This document shows positions 53,655 through 64,000 of a DNA stretch of 64,000 nucleotides, piece by piece. Location of the stretch: positions 37,450,001-37,514,000 of the forward strand of contig NC_045697.1 in assembly GCF_009834535.1 (NCBI RefSeq), written 5' to 3'. The notes below the pieces were generated by a model. That model was not told the origin of the DNA, searched no databases, and worked only from the letters and a program-made list of their open reading frames with translations. Each line of letters starts with the position of its first letter. Position 1 is the stretch's first letter. The stretch comes from Camelus ferus. Taxonomy: Eukaryota. The translations under genes were made by a program, and so were the position numbers.

Positions 53655-55277
53655 GGTACGTAATACAGTGTGCATATTCACGGGGTGTGTATATCTAACA
53701 TGGTGTGCATGTCCACACACACACATCTGATATTTCCTTAATTTCTTTGAGCCTCATTTCCTCATTTGTGAAATGAAAGTTAAGGTGAGGTTCTTTGCAG
53801 TCCCTGAGTGCTGGACCAATAGAAGATCTCAGAATCACCTTTCATTTCAGACACTTTGATAGAGCCCTTACAAATGCCTTACATGCTTAGAGCATAACGT
53901 AAGCATCTCTCAGTCAAGCTCTTTTTGCTTAAGCCAGTCCATCATTCCAATTACTCTATTTAGGGTCATTTCCAAATATAGTGCATTTCCTGGGCAGTTC
54001 CTTCCCTGAAAAACAGCCATGTCCAACCCAAAGTGGTGCTAATGCTGCTCATTAGCCCAGTTGCATTTCTGTCTCCCTCTTGGCTGCGGTGTGTAAGCTG
54101 ACTGGGGACCCATATGACTGTGTTCACGTCCAAGCTCAGTAGAATGAATTTTTCAAGCATGATTTGCAAGTCACGCTATCACATGCCTCCAGAGTCCAGC
54201 TGCGTTGCAGCTGCCGCCTACTCTGCATCCGTTCATCTTGCACTTGGATCGAAAGCACGAGTACGTGTGCCTGAACTGATTTGGTCTCTGCCCAGCTGTT
54301 TGTCCCTCATTGTCATCGGGATGTTTACAGACCCTCTGTTCTGGCCATTCTTGTTTCCTTATCACACTTGGGTCTGAAGAGCATTTTCCCATGTGGCCCT
54401 GGCCGTAGCCAGCAATTTAGCTAGGTTTTCTCTGTTACTGAAACTTCTCTAAGGCATCTACTTCACACTTTCCGATCTAAGTGTGCACCTGCATATTTCC
54501 ACAGTGAAAACAAGAAAGGAGGCTGGGACTATAGCTTTTGTTAAAGATTGGCTATGAGTGTCCTTTTTGGTCCCCTAATCTTACCACATGATTTGTTTCT
54601 AACTATTTGATAAGAGAGTAATTTCAACTAGAGACCAAGCCAGATTACAGGAAGAGATTCATTCTTCCTCCTCTTATTTGAGTTAAGTGGATAAACATAT
54701 TTTATCTTTCCAGAAAGTTATTTTGACTGTTCCTAAAGCCACTGATGCCTGTCACACACCAGCAGGTATTTTGTTGGTGGGATCTGTGCCTGAAGAATTG
54801 TTGGCAGGGAAGGTGGTAAGGAAAGGAGCCTGGAGGGTAGGACTGAGGTTCTAGGGTTGGCTGACCCCCAACTATGAGAACATGTGTGAGTCACTGGCTC
54901 TCTCTGGGACTCAATTTCCTCCTATTAATAACAGGCACCATGTATTATTGTATTAAAGCCTGTAATTAAAAAGTCTGTTTCAGAAGTACAGATTTCCAGA
55001 CTCCCTCCAGAGATCCTGTTTCACTGTGTCTGAAGTGGGACCTGAATCTGTGTATTCTGCCGTATCACAGCACATCGCCAGTGTTTCCCGGTGTGCCCCC
55101 TACAACCACAGTGGGCCATCTGACCCAGGATATTTTATATTGCTAATGAAATGCTCTTTCCTGATAAAGAGTGTGGTTCTGACTTCCCATTAGCCCAAAG
55201 CATAACAAAAAATATTTCCCAGTAGCTCAAAACATTAAAAAGTGTAGCCCATGCACCCATGGTGGGCTGAGAGGCAG

Positions 55278-55590
55278 AGCTATGCTGTCTGGGACAGTGG
55301 GCAGGATCGCATGTGGGAAAGAGGACCAGACATGCGGCTAGCTGGAATTGGGATGTGCTCTGAGTACAAAATATGCGTCAAATTTCAAAGATTTAGTGTG
55401 AAAAAAGGAAGGCAAAATATCCAATTAATAATTTTTATATTGATTACATGTAGAAATGATAATATTCTGGATATGATGGGTTAAAGAAAATATATTATTA
55501 AAATTAATTTCACCTGTTTCTTTTAATGTAGCTACTGGAAAATAGAAAATTCCATATATGGCTTGCATGTTTCTATGGGACAGCATTGCT
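55278..55590. mobile_element. hAT-Charlie element, MER33-like
   Basis: TTAATAATTTTTATATTGATTACATGTAGAAATGATAATATT...AAAATTAATTTCACCTGTTTCTTTT...GGACAGCATTGCT. Confidence 0.8.
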
Positions 55591-57375
55591 ATCAAGGACA
55601 AGGCACTTTTTGAGAACAATATATCCATGAGGAGAGACCACCAACATGGACTGCATCATAGTAGCCTTGTAAACTGAGCCAGGGTGACCTTGCTGGTTCT
55701 GACCTAACCTCAGCCATTGTTTCCATTTTGACTGGGGGAATTTACAAGTGAAGGCTTGAGAAGGGATTGAACAGGCAATGGGGATGCACTGTTTTCTGAG
55801 TCAGTGGATCACCTCCTTAATACACATCTCCTGCCTGATTCCAGCCTTTTTTAAAAATAGAGAAGCTTTATCCATTCCCGTTGTAGACTCAGACTTTTCC
55901 ATCCTCCCAACCCACTCTTCTCATTCTTCCACCTCACCCTTTGGTAATCAGGCTGTCCCCTTGATGGTATGACAAACACAAAATTAGAATAAAAAATTCC
56001 CCAACAATTTCCATTATAGGAAAAGGTATAGTGAAACTGGGACACTTCTATGTTGTTAGCAGTAGTAAAAATTATAACCCCTCTGGAAGCCAATGTGACA
56101 TCGTTTCAAGAGCTGTATAAATGTTCTTAAAATTTGATTCAGTAAAACCACTCCTAGGAATTTGTCTGAAGGAAACATTCAACAGAAGCAAAGTAAATGT
56201 ATAGACAGTCAATGCAGCATTTAGCTATACTACGAAATTAGAAGCCATTTAAACACCTAATCATTGAGGAACAGTTAAGAAAATTACTGCTGCAACAAAT
56301 TCCATATAATATTATGCATTCATTCAAATTTATAATTATGAAGGCTATACAGCAACATAGAAAAATGTTTACAAGATAATGTTAGATTTCATAAAGAACA
56401 CATAAATTGTATGCAGACTGTGATTGCATGCTAACAATTATGCTTGCATATGGAAGAAGACTTAGAAGAAATGTGCAAAAATGAAATCTCTGTTAGAGTT
56501 ATTAAAAAATAAATCTGAGCATTTTAACAAGGAGACTGTGCTTCCTATGAGATCCAGAGATTGGCTCCCATGGTGTCCATAAATCAAATGAGAATATATA
56601 ATATTTTGCGTGGCTGTGTATAAAACACATTTTTTGAGACATGGAAGTATCATTTTCATTAGAGACTCAGAGGAATTTTATTATCATTTCCCTCCCAAAT
56701 TAAGAACCAATGCCTAATGATTGTGCTATCATTTTATTGTTTTAATAATTAAAAGAAAGCGAAGGCATCTCCTTTCCAGGGACCACCCCAAGTGAATTCA
56801 CACATGGCCGTGAGGAAGAATAAGAGCCCTTAGGTGAGAACAGGTCTAACCCTGGAAGAACATGTCGGGGAGAAAGGAGACCTTCAGGGGTCCCCATATC
56901 TTTCCGTTTATAACTGACCCCCACCCTTCCAGGTCAATTGCCCAGTGCTTTCCCCACACTCCCTTGGCTCCTCTTTTCCTCCTCCTCCCTAATGTTCCAA
57001 TCAGGACAACTCATCCAACTTCAGACCTTTGTGGCATCTCATCTAAGAAACACTTCAGTGCTCAATGCCCTGCAGTGCTAATGGGTTAGCCTCCTGGGGT
57101 ATCGCTGCCTTTTAACAGGTGCTTTGAAGGAACAACACCTTAACCCAATGAAGGGTTAGCACAGGTAGGTATCACACACTAGGACAGGGCCAGAGACAGA
57201 TCTGTGTCGAGGTACCAGCTGCTCTCCACCGCCTGGACCACATCAGGGCCACCTCCTTCACCGTACACATGAGGCCACTGGAAGGATTTCTGGCATTTGA
57301 GGAACATCATTCCATGAGTCCTAGCATTGTTTTCACTCATCTGGGCCAATCAAAAAACACTCTAGTCAGGGCCAT

Positions 57376-57706
57376 TTTTTTTTGTTTTTTGCTTTTTGTT
57401 TTTTCTTAATTGAAGTATTGTTGATTTACAATGTTGTGCCAGTTTCTGGTGTATAGGATGGTGATTCAGTTACATATATATATATTCTTTTTCATATTCT
57501 TTATCATTCATAGGTTATTATAAGATATCGAATGTAGTTCCCTGTGCTAAACCGCAAGACCTTGTTATTCATCTATTTTATATATAGTAGTTTGTATCTG
57601 CTAATTCCAAACTCCTGTTTTATCCCTCCCCTGTGTTCCCCCTAGGTAACCATAAGTTTGTTTTCTATGTCTGTGAGTCTGTTTCTGTTTGTTAAATAAG
57701 CTCATT
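57376..57706 (-). mobile_element. 5'-truncated L1 (3'UTR only)
   Basis: T-rich tail, then TTGAAGTATTGTTGATTTACAATGTTGTG...GGTAACCATAAGTTTGTTTTCTATGTCTGTGAGTCTG; same family as 29200, 38903 and 62677. Confidence 0.88.
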
Positions 57707-58811
57707 TAAAGAACCACTTAAAAAAAAAATCTGGCAAAGATCTCAGCTTTCAGGCAAGATTTTGGTTGCTCTTCTCGTCTATTTATCTTGACGGTGTCTG
57801 GATTCAGTCAACCTCTACCCCACCCATCCTCCCTTCGTCCAGTGCATCCTTGTTGGTCTTTTGCCCTCACTGATGGCTTTGAGGTTGGGAAGATTTTCCT
57901 TATCTGGGACTCTCACTCCCAACACTCCCCTCGCACCCCCAGTCTCCTGGGCTTCCTGGAGCTGCAGTCTTGGCTTCATTCATCAGAGTGAGATTTCTTT
58001 CTTTTCCATTTAGCCTATTTACCTGTCAGAGAGTAGGTATTCTGAAATGGACACCTGTGAATGAGCTGAGTGAAAAAAGAAGGAAACGAGTATTTCTAGA
58101 AAAGTAGCCCAGAAGCTCTCCCCTTGAAGAACTGTCTCCAGCTTTACTCACCTATTAAAGGCCTGGCTTCTCAGCACTTCTTTTTCCTCTGACATTTTGG
58201 TGAAAGCTTTTTTTTTTTTCTTTTCTATTTCAGTTTAGCATTTATTCCTTCAACTTTTCTCTCAGACTACTTTTTCTCCCCAGAAGCCTTTAAGCTAACC
58301 AGATACAGCAATCATTTTTTTCCTTCATGTATATACTCCCCTTTCTTTCTAATCACATATTCACCAGCAACTAACTTTCAGGGGAGGGGTCCCCCCCCCG
58401 AAAATCCCAGGGAGTTCACTCTCACATATCCCTGAGCATCTCACAGGAAGGGCAAGAAGACATCAGACTTTTCTTCAAGACCCATTTCCATGCACCATTA
58501 TGGTAAGATGTAAAACTGTTCTTCTTCATGTCTGACTTAAGTGATGGCCATCTAACTTGCTAGTCTCCTGTCAAATGGCAGTGGGGATGTGGGCAGCTTG
58601 TCACCAGCACCTTGAAGATCCTTGATTGCGTGAGAAGCAGTCATTCTTACTTGTTAAGAGGACAGACTGTAGCAGAAAAATACTCGGGATGAGATCAAAC
58701 CCTGGCCACTTCTAGCTGTATGGCCCTTGAAGAAGAGACCAAGCCTGTTTCCCCACCAGAAAAAGATAACATAGCAACGGCAGCTGTTTCATGAGTACAC
58801 AGATACACCAC

Positions 58812-59315
58812 TGTGATGGAGATCAATTGTTGTTACCAAGTGTCTCTTCTCCCTTTTATCCCCCATAATAGAATCATGGGTTTTCAGCTGGATTCTTGGT
58901 AGTCTGGAATAAAGATTATATTTCCCAGTCTCCACAGCAGCTGAGTGTGGCCATGGGAATAAGTTCTGGCCAAAGAAATGCAAGTGGAAGAGGTATGCGT
59001 AATTTCCTGGAAGTGTCTTTAAAATGAGGGTTTGCCCTTTTTCATGCTTTTGTCTGTCACCCTTGGTAGACCTGGGATACAATGGTGGGAGCTCCTGCAG
59101 CCATCTTGGACAATGAGGAGACTTGAGGGAATGAAATCCACATATCGACAATTTAACAAAATAGAAAGAGCTTAAGTCCCTAACATAATGGATTACCATA
59201 AATGCCCTGGACTCTTTGCCTCCAGATGTTGGCAAGGGAGAGAGAAATACATTTTATCTCATTTAAGTATTCTATTATTTTTCTATTGCTTGCAGCCAAA
59301 TCTAATCCAAAACAG
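58812..59315 (+). mobile_element. Ancient ERVL/MaLR solo LTR (LTR16/MLT1-like)
   Basis: TTTCCCAGTCTCCACAGCAGCTGAGTGTGGCCATGGGAATAAGTTCTGGCCAAAG ... GCAGCCATCTTG ... TTGCAGCCAAATCTAATCCAAAACA. Confidence 0.7.
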
Positions 59316-59576
59316 GACCCTAAACATATAAGCACTTAGTCCATGATAAGTGCCACTTAGTCACCCCCTCTGCAGTTTGGAGAACCTCTCCCCACCCCCA
59401 CCCAACCCCAATATTATAGCAGAACCTGCAGATGCACCTTCATAATGCTAACAGTTTGTTGAGTGTTAACTATGGCCCAGACAAGGTAACAGGTGCTTTA
59501 CTTGGAATATCTCATTTAAACTTCATAACAACCCCATGAAGTTGGTACTATTTTAAACCTTCATTTTGTAGATAAG

Positions 59577-59973
59577 TTTATTAATTTCCTAGGACTGCCG
59601 TAACAAAACAACACAGACTTAAACAACACAAATAAATGTTCTCACAATTCTGGAGGCTGGAAGTCCAAGATCAAGGTGTTGACAGGGTTGGTGTCCCCTG
59701 AGGCCTCTCTCCTTGGCTTGCAGTCAGCGGCGCTCTTCCCACCTCTTCCCATGGTCTTTCCTCTGTGCCTGCTCATCCCTGGTCTCCCTTTTTGTGTCTG
59801 AATCTCCTGTTCTTACAAGGGCACCAGTCAGATTGGATTAACGCCTATTCTAATGGTTTCATTTTAATTCAATCATTTCTCAAGGCCCTATCTCTAAATA
59901 CAGTCATATTCTGAGGTACTAGGGTAGAAGCTTCAACATATGAGTGTTGGGGAACCCAATTCAACCCACTACA
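59577..59973 (-). mobile_element. MaLR solo LTR (MLT1-type) inserted into a MIR (MIR halves ~59445-59576 and 59974-60080)
   Basis: TTTCCTAGGACTGCCGTAACAAA...TCTGGAGGCTGGAAGTCCAAGATCAAGG...AATTCAACCCACTACA; flanks rejoin as MIR TTTTGTAG|ATGAGGAAACTGAG. Confidence 0.85.
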
Positions 59974-60865
59974 ATGAGGAAACTGAGTCAGAAGAGAAAT
60001 TTAGTAAATTTCCCAAAACTACACAGTGAGGAAGTAGCAGAAATGGATTTCAAACCCAGGAAGTCTGGTTCCCGAGTTCAGGCAATGAAACAGGACACAT
60101 TCTGTTTCCACTCTGCATTATCATCTCTAATATATTTACCTTGACAGTAATCCCCTGGACCCAGGACTCCAGACATTTAATGATCTAAGTTGCATTAAAT
60201 CTATTAACACAGATTTGAGTTGAGGGGTAGCTTTATGTAATCACCCTTCTCCTTTGTCTTAACCCTGGTTGTCACCTGCTAACTGTCCTGGCAGCCTTTG
60301 CCCTCTGTCACCACCAAGGGCCCTGGTGGCTTCATTCCTCCAGTTCCCAGGGAAATGCACCCCCTGGAGCCCTCTGCCCTCTCCGCTAGCCAGTACTCTG
60401 AACATAATGCTCTAGGAAGAGGCCTGAACACTCTGCAGATGCCAAGCAGGGCTCCGGGCTCCTTCCACTCTAACTGCCTCTCTGTGGGTGACTCTGGACA
60501 CCTGCCACATCCCCAAACCCCGAGCCTCAAATCCTGCCTTCAACACAAGCGTCATCCGCAGGCAGCAGAGAGTACCGCGGGGTGCTGCCCTCTACGATTG
60601 CTCCCCCCACCCCTGTTGTACGTCTCCAGGCTCGGCTTCTATTCCACTGCCTGTACACATCACCCATCACTGTGCCAGCACCTCCTTAAGCACAAGCCTC
60701 CTTGGACGCTCTGGCACTTTCATTGCCAATAGTTTTCTCCTCTGCCACGTCCTGCTGATCCTAGAAATGGAGAACATAGCTATTGACTTGGGGGACTTAA
60801 AAGCCAAAGAGAGATCTGTTTCCAGCTCAGTCACAAATGCAAGGTTAAATAAGAATAGCTGATAC

Positions 60866-60960
60866 GGGGTGGGGGGAGGGTATAGCTCAAATGGGAGAGT
60901 GCATGCTCAGCATGCACAAGGTCCTGGGTTCAATCCTCAGCACCTCCACTGAAAAAAAAA
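60866..60960 (+). mobile_element. tRNA-derived SINE, Vic-1-like (short form)
   Basis: GGGGAGGGTATAGCTCAAATGGGAGAGTGCATGCTCAGCATGCACAAGGTCCTGGGTTCAATCCTCAGCACCTCC plus poly(A); perfect 15-bp TSD AAGAATAGCTGATAC at 60851-60865 and 60961-60975. Confidence 0.92.
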
Positions 60961-61454
60961 AAGAATAGCTGATACTAAGTATTTTATATATAAACTCAAT
61001 TAATCTTCACAACAAGCCTAAGTTACTTACCCCCTTCTACAGATGAGGAAACTGTGGCACGGAGACATTAGGGAAATTGCCCACGGCTACACAGCAGGTA
61101 CAAAGCAGAGCCAGGAGTGAAACCAATGTAGTCTGTCTACAGAACTCATACTTTTGACCATTACATAGGTAATCTCCATGTATCACAATTTAATGTCCCT
61201 TTCTCCCCAGATGGGGATGGACACATATACATACATTCCAAAGATTGGCCTTGGATGAGTCCAACAAGAAGCTGTCAAAAAGTTTGACAAATACAAGGTT
61301 GCATTATCCATGTACCATGACCTTCTACCTCATAATTGGCAAAGTAAGGGGTGCCCCCAAGTTCTCAGACCATCCCAGGCACTTTCACATAAATTTTCTC
61401 ACTTATCCTTGCAATAATGTGTTGAATTGGCACTATTATGTCTATTTTACAGTT

Positions 61455-61582
61455 AAGAAAACTGAGGCTCGGAAGGGTTCAGCAACCTGCCCTAGGTCAT
61501 AAAACTAATAAGGGGTGGAAGAAAACTGAGGCTCAGAAGGGTTCAGCAACCTGCCCTAGGTCATACAACTAATAAGGGGTGG
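61455..61582. repeat. 64-bp tandem duplication within a MIR
   Basis: Units 61455-61518 and 61519-61582 differ at 2 positions. Confidence 0.95.
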
Positions 61583-62676
61583 AGCCAAGATTGGGTCACA
61601 ACACTTTAGATGCAATGCGGTGACAGACTAGGTGACCCCAGCACTCATCTCGCTGCACCGCGCTGCCTTGCCGCCCGCCTGAATGCCGCTGGAATTCTGA
61701 GCAGGGCTGCCCAGGAGGAATAATAGGAAGCCTCCAGAGTTAGCTTAGAGACTATGACACTTATATTAGATCTAAAGTCCATTATTGTATTTATACAAAC
61801 ACTGGGGAAAAATCTGAATTCCAAAATTAAATGGAGCTAATCTCTTGAGTCCCAGATACCACTCCACCTCTCACTTGCCAAAACACATCCAATGAAGAAA
61901 CACAAACTGGAACATCTCTAAAGTATTAGTGCTTGAAGTCAAAGCCATAGAACCTGCATTTACTAAAACCCTTTCTCTGAAAATGTATTAATAATGTATG
62001 GCCAGAACTTGCAGACAATGTGATCGTTGTTCTAGGGATTTGCAGTCAAAATATTCTGTTTTGTGAAAGTTCGATTTTTGCCCAGTGATCACATTTTTTT
62101 GGTACAATTTTTAAGGAAAGCACATGTTCATCCATTTGCTGATTCACCCTCGCCCACAAAGTCAACAATGATTCAAACCCAAATTGCTTTCAATCTTCCC
62201 CAGTACCTCATTTTTATCATAAAGGGACTTGCTACACAAACAATCTGCCATTCAAGTAGGAATATCCATAGTCAGTATAGTTCATGCTACTAAACCCCTG
62301 CTAGCCGTTAAAGGAGATGAATTGTGGAGCTGGAGAGCTGCAGCGGGGGACATCAGGAGTTCTGGAGAGCCTCTCTAAGAAAGCCCCAAATATAAGAATT
62401 CTAACCAACAAAGCAGGAAAATTAGGAGTGATTTCCTGTTGTGTTCCAGTGGTGTTGTGGAAGATACACAGAACGTATATGTAGGAGTTACAGATTCTAA
62501 CCCAGATCCAGCCACGTATCAGCTGTGAGTCCTTAGACAAACTACTTAACCACTCTGAACCTCAGTCTCATCTTCTGGACATAGGCAATACTTATGTTTT
62601 TAGGCTGTTATGAGGTAACAAATTTCAAAATATCTAGTATATATTTGGCACAAAGTGAATACTGAAAATCTTTTTC

Positions 62677-63082
62677 TTTAAATTGAAGTATAGTCAATTT
62701 ACAATGTTGTTTTAGTCTCTGGTGTACAGCATGGTGATTCAGTTATACACACATACATATTCTTTTCCATTATAGGTTATTACAAGATATTGAATATAGT
62801 TCCCTGTGCTATACAGTAGGTCCTTGCTATTTATCTGTTTTACATATAGTAGTTAATATCTGCAAGTCTCAAACTCCCAATTTATCCCTCTCCCCCCCAC
62901 CCCATAACCTTAAGTTTGTTTTCTATGTCTATGAGTCTGTTTCTGTTTTGTAAATAAATTCATTTGTGTCATTTTTTTTTAAGATTCCACATAGAAGTGA
63001 CATCATATGGTTTGTCTTTCTCTTTCTGGCTTACTTTACTTAGTGTAATAATCTCTAGGTCCATTCATGTTGCTGCTAATGG
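62677..63082 (-). mobile_element. 5'-truncated L1 (3'UTR only)
   Basis: TTGAAGTATAGTCAATTTACAATGTTG...AGGTCCATTCATGTTGCTGC; TSD GAAAATCTTTTTC at 62664-62676 and 63083-63095. Confidence 0.9.
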
Positions 63083-63499
63083 GAAAATCTTTTTCATTCT
63101 TTTAATCTGAAAGATTAAATCTTTTAGAGTTAATTCTGAATCTGAATTGTAAATAATTTTCTACCTAAAAGGGTAAAATCTTAATTTACCTGTATTTCTA
63201 TAGGAACATGTCAATTAATCAAAATAAAAAGGGAAATCCTGAAAGTTTATAACAGATACCAGGAATATCTGAAATCTTATTCTCAATTTCCAGATGGTTG
63301 CCACTGGAACAACTCAGAGCCAGGTGGTCATGTATGCTACTTCCTGCCAAAGACTTTTGGGCTGTGGGGTTTGTTCACTATGAAGAGAGCAGATCACGCC
63401 TTCCACTCCCTCACTGTCTATTGCCAAGAAGAGAATGTGTGTTGCCCGTGGCCATTGTTTAATTCTGTTCAGTTCAGTTTGATGATTATGGACAAGGCA

Positions 63500-64000
63500 A
63501 CACTCAGGGTACTGAAGATACACAGACATGGAGACATGATCCCTGCCCTTGAGGGGCTCACAGCCCAGTAGGGAGACAGATGGATAAACAAATAAATTTG
63601 TGTGAGCGAGTGAACTCTGTGATTAGTGTGTGTGAACATGGAGAATTATGGGCCTAGAGGAATTAGGAATAACTTTCTGGAGGAGGTGATGACTGAGCTA
63701 AATCTGGAGGAACCCATCTATGCATTCACCCACATACCCATCCATCTACCCATCCACTCGTCCATCCATCCATCCATCCATCCATCCCTCCCTCCCTTTA
63801 TTCAGCAAATAAATGTTAAGTATTTACTATATGCGAGACATCGCTCTAAGCATTGTGGTTAGAGTGTGGAACAAGCAGATAGAGTCTACTTTTATGGAAA
63901 TTACATTCTGCTAAAGGGAGGCAGAAAATAAATATGTGAACAAATAAACACACAAATATAAACAGCTTCAGGCACCAAGGACAAATGCTAAGAAGAAAAT
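63500..64000 (-). mobile_element. L2 fragments with a (TCCA)n simple repeat at ~63740-63787
   Basis: ATCCCTGCCCTTGAGGGGCTCACAGCCCAGTAGGGAGACAGA; TTCAGCAAATAAATGTTAAGTATTTACTATATG. Confidence 0.7.

Noticed and set aside
61455..61582. Possible CRISPR-like or regulatory repeat array
   Set aside because: Only two abutting units, no spacers, eukaryotic context; a simple tandem duplication.
21900..64000. A second gene, processed pseudogene or KDR exons downstream of KIT
   Set aside because: No exon-like kinase/Ig sequence, CpG island or recognisable retrocopy seen by eye. An unannotated lncRNA cannot be excluded without RNA data.

Overview
Mammalian (non-prokaryotic) genomic DNA, most likely a camelid, judging from tRNA-derived Vic-1-type SINEs. 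The window holds the 3' half of the KIT receptor tyrosine kinase gene on the + strand. It opens in intron 7 and contains exons 8-21 (coding 4239-19752, 1700 nt spliced, all GT-AG, frame continuous, no premature stop), followed by a ~2.1 kb 3'UTR ending after AATAAA at 21852. The remaining ~42 kb is repeat-rich intergenic DNA (L1, L2, MIR, MaLR/ERVL LTRs, Tigger/hAT elements, microsatellites) with no supportable gene. I found no convincing new biological system. The most interesting signals are gene-level: a Ser->Pro change at the kinase-insert PKC feedback site (human S741), a mouse tr-kit-like ATG blocked by TAA-TAG in intron 16, an open poly-Val frame in intron 15, both known micro-splice choices (GNSK, NAGNAG Ser), 3'UTR miRNA/poly(A) architecture, and two apparent locally templated insertions in the intergenic DNA. 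Repeat family names and comparisons with other species come from recalled consensus sequences, not from searches.
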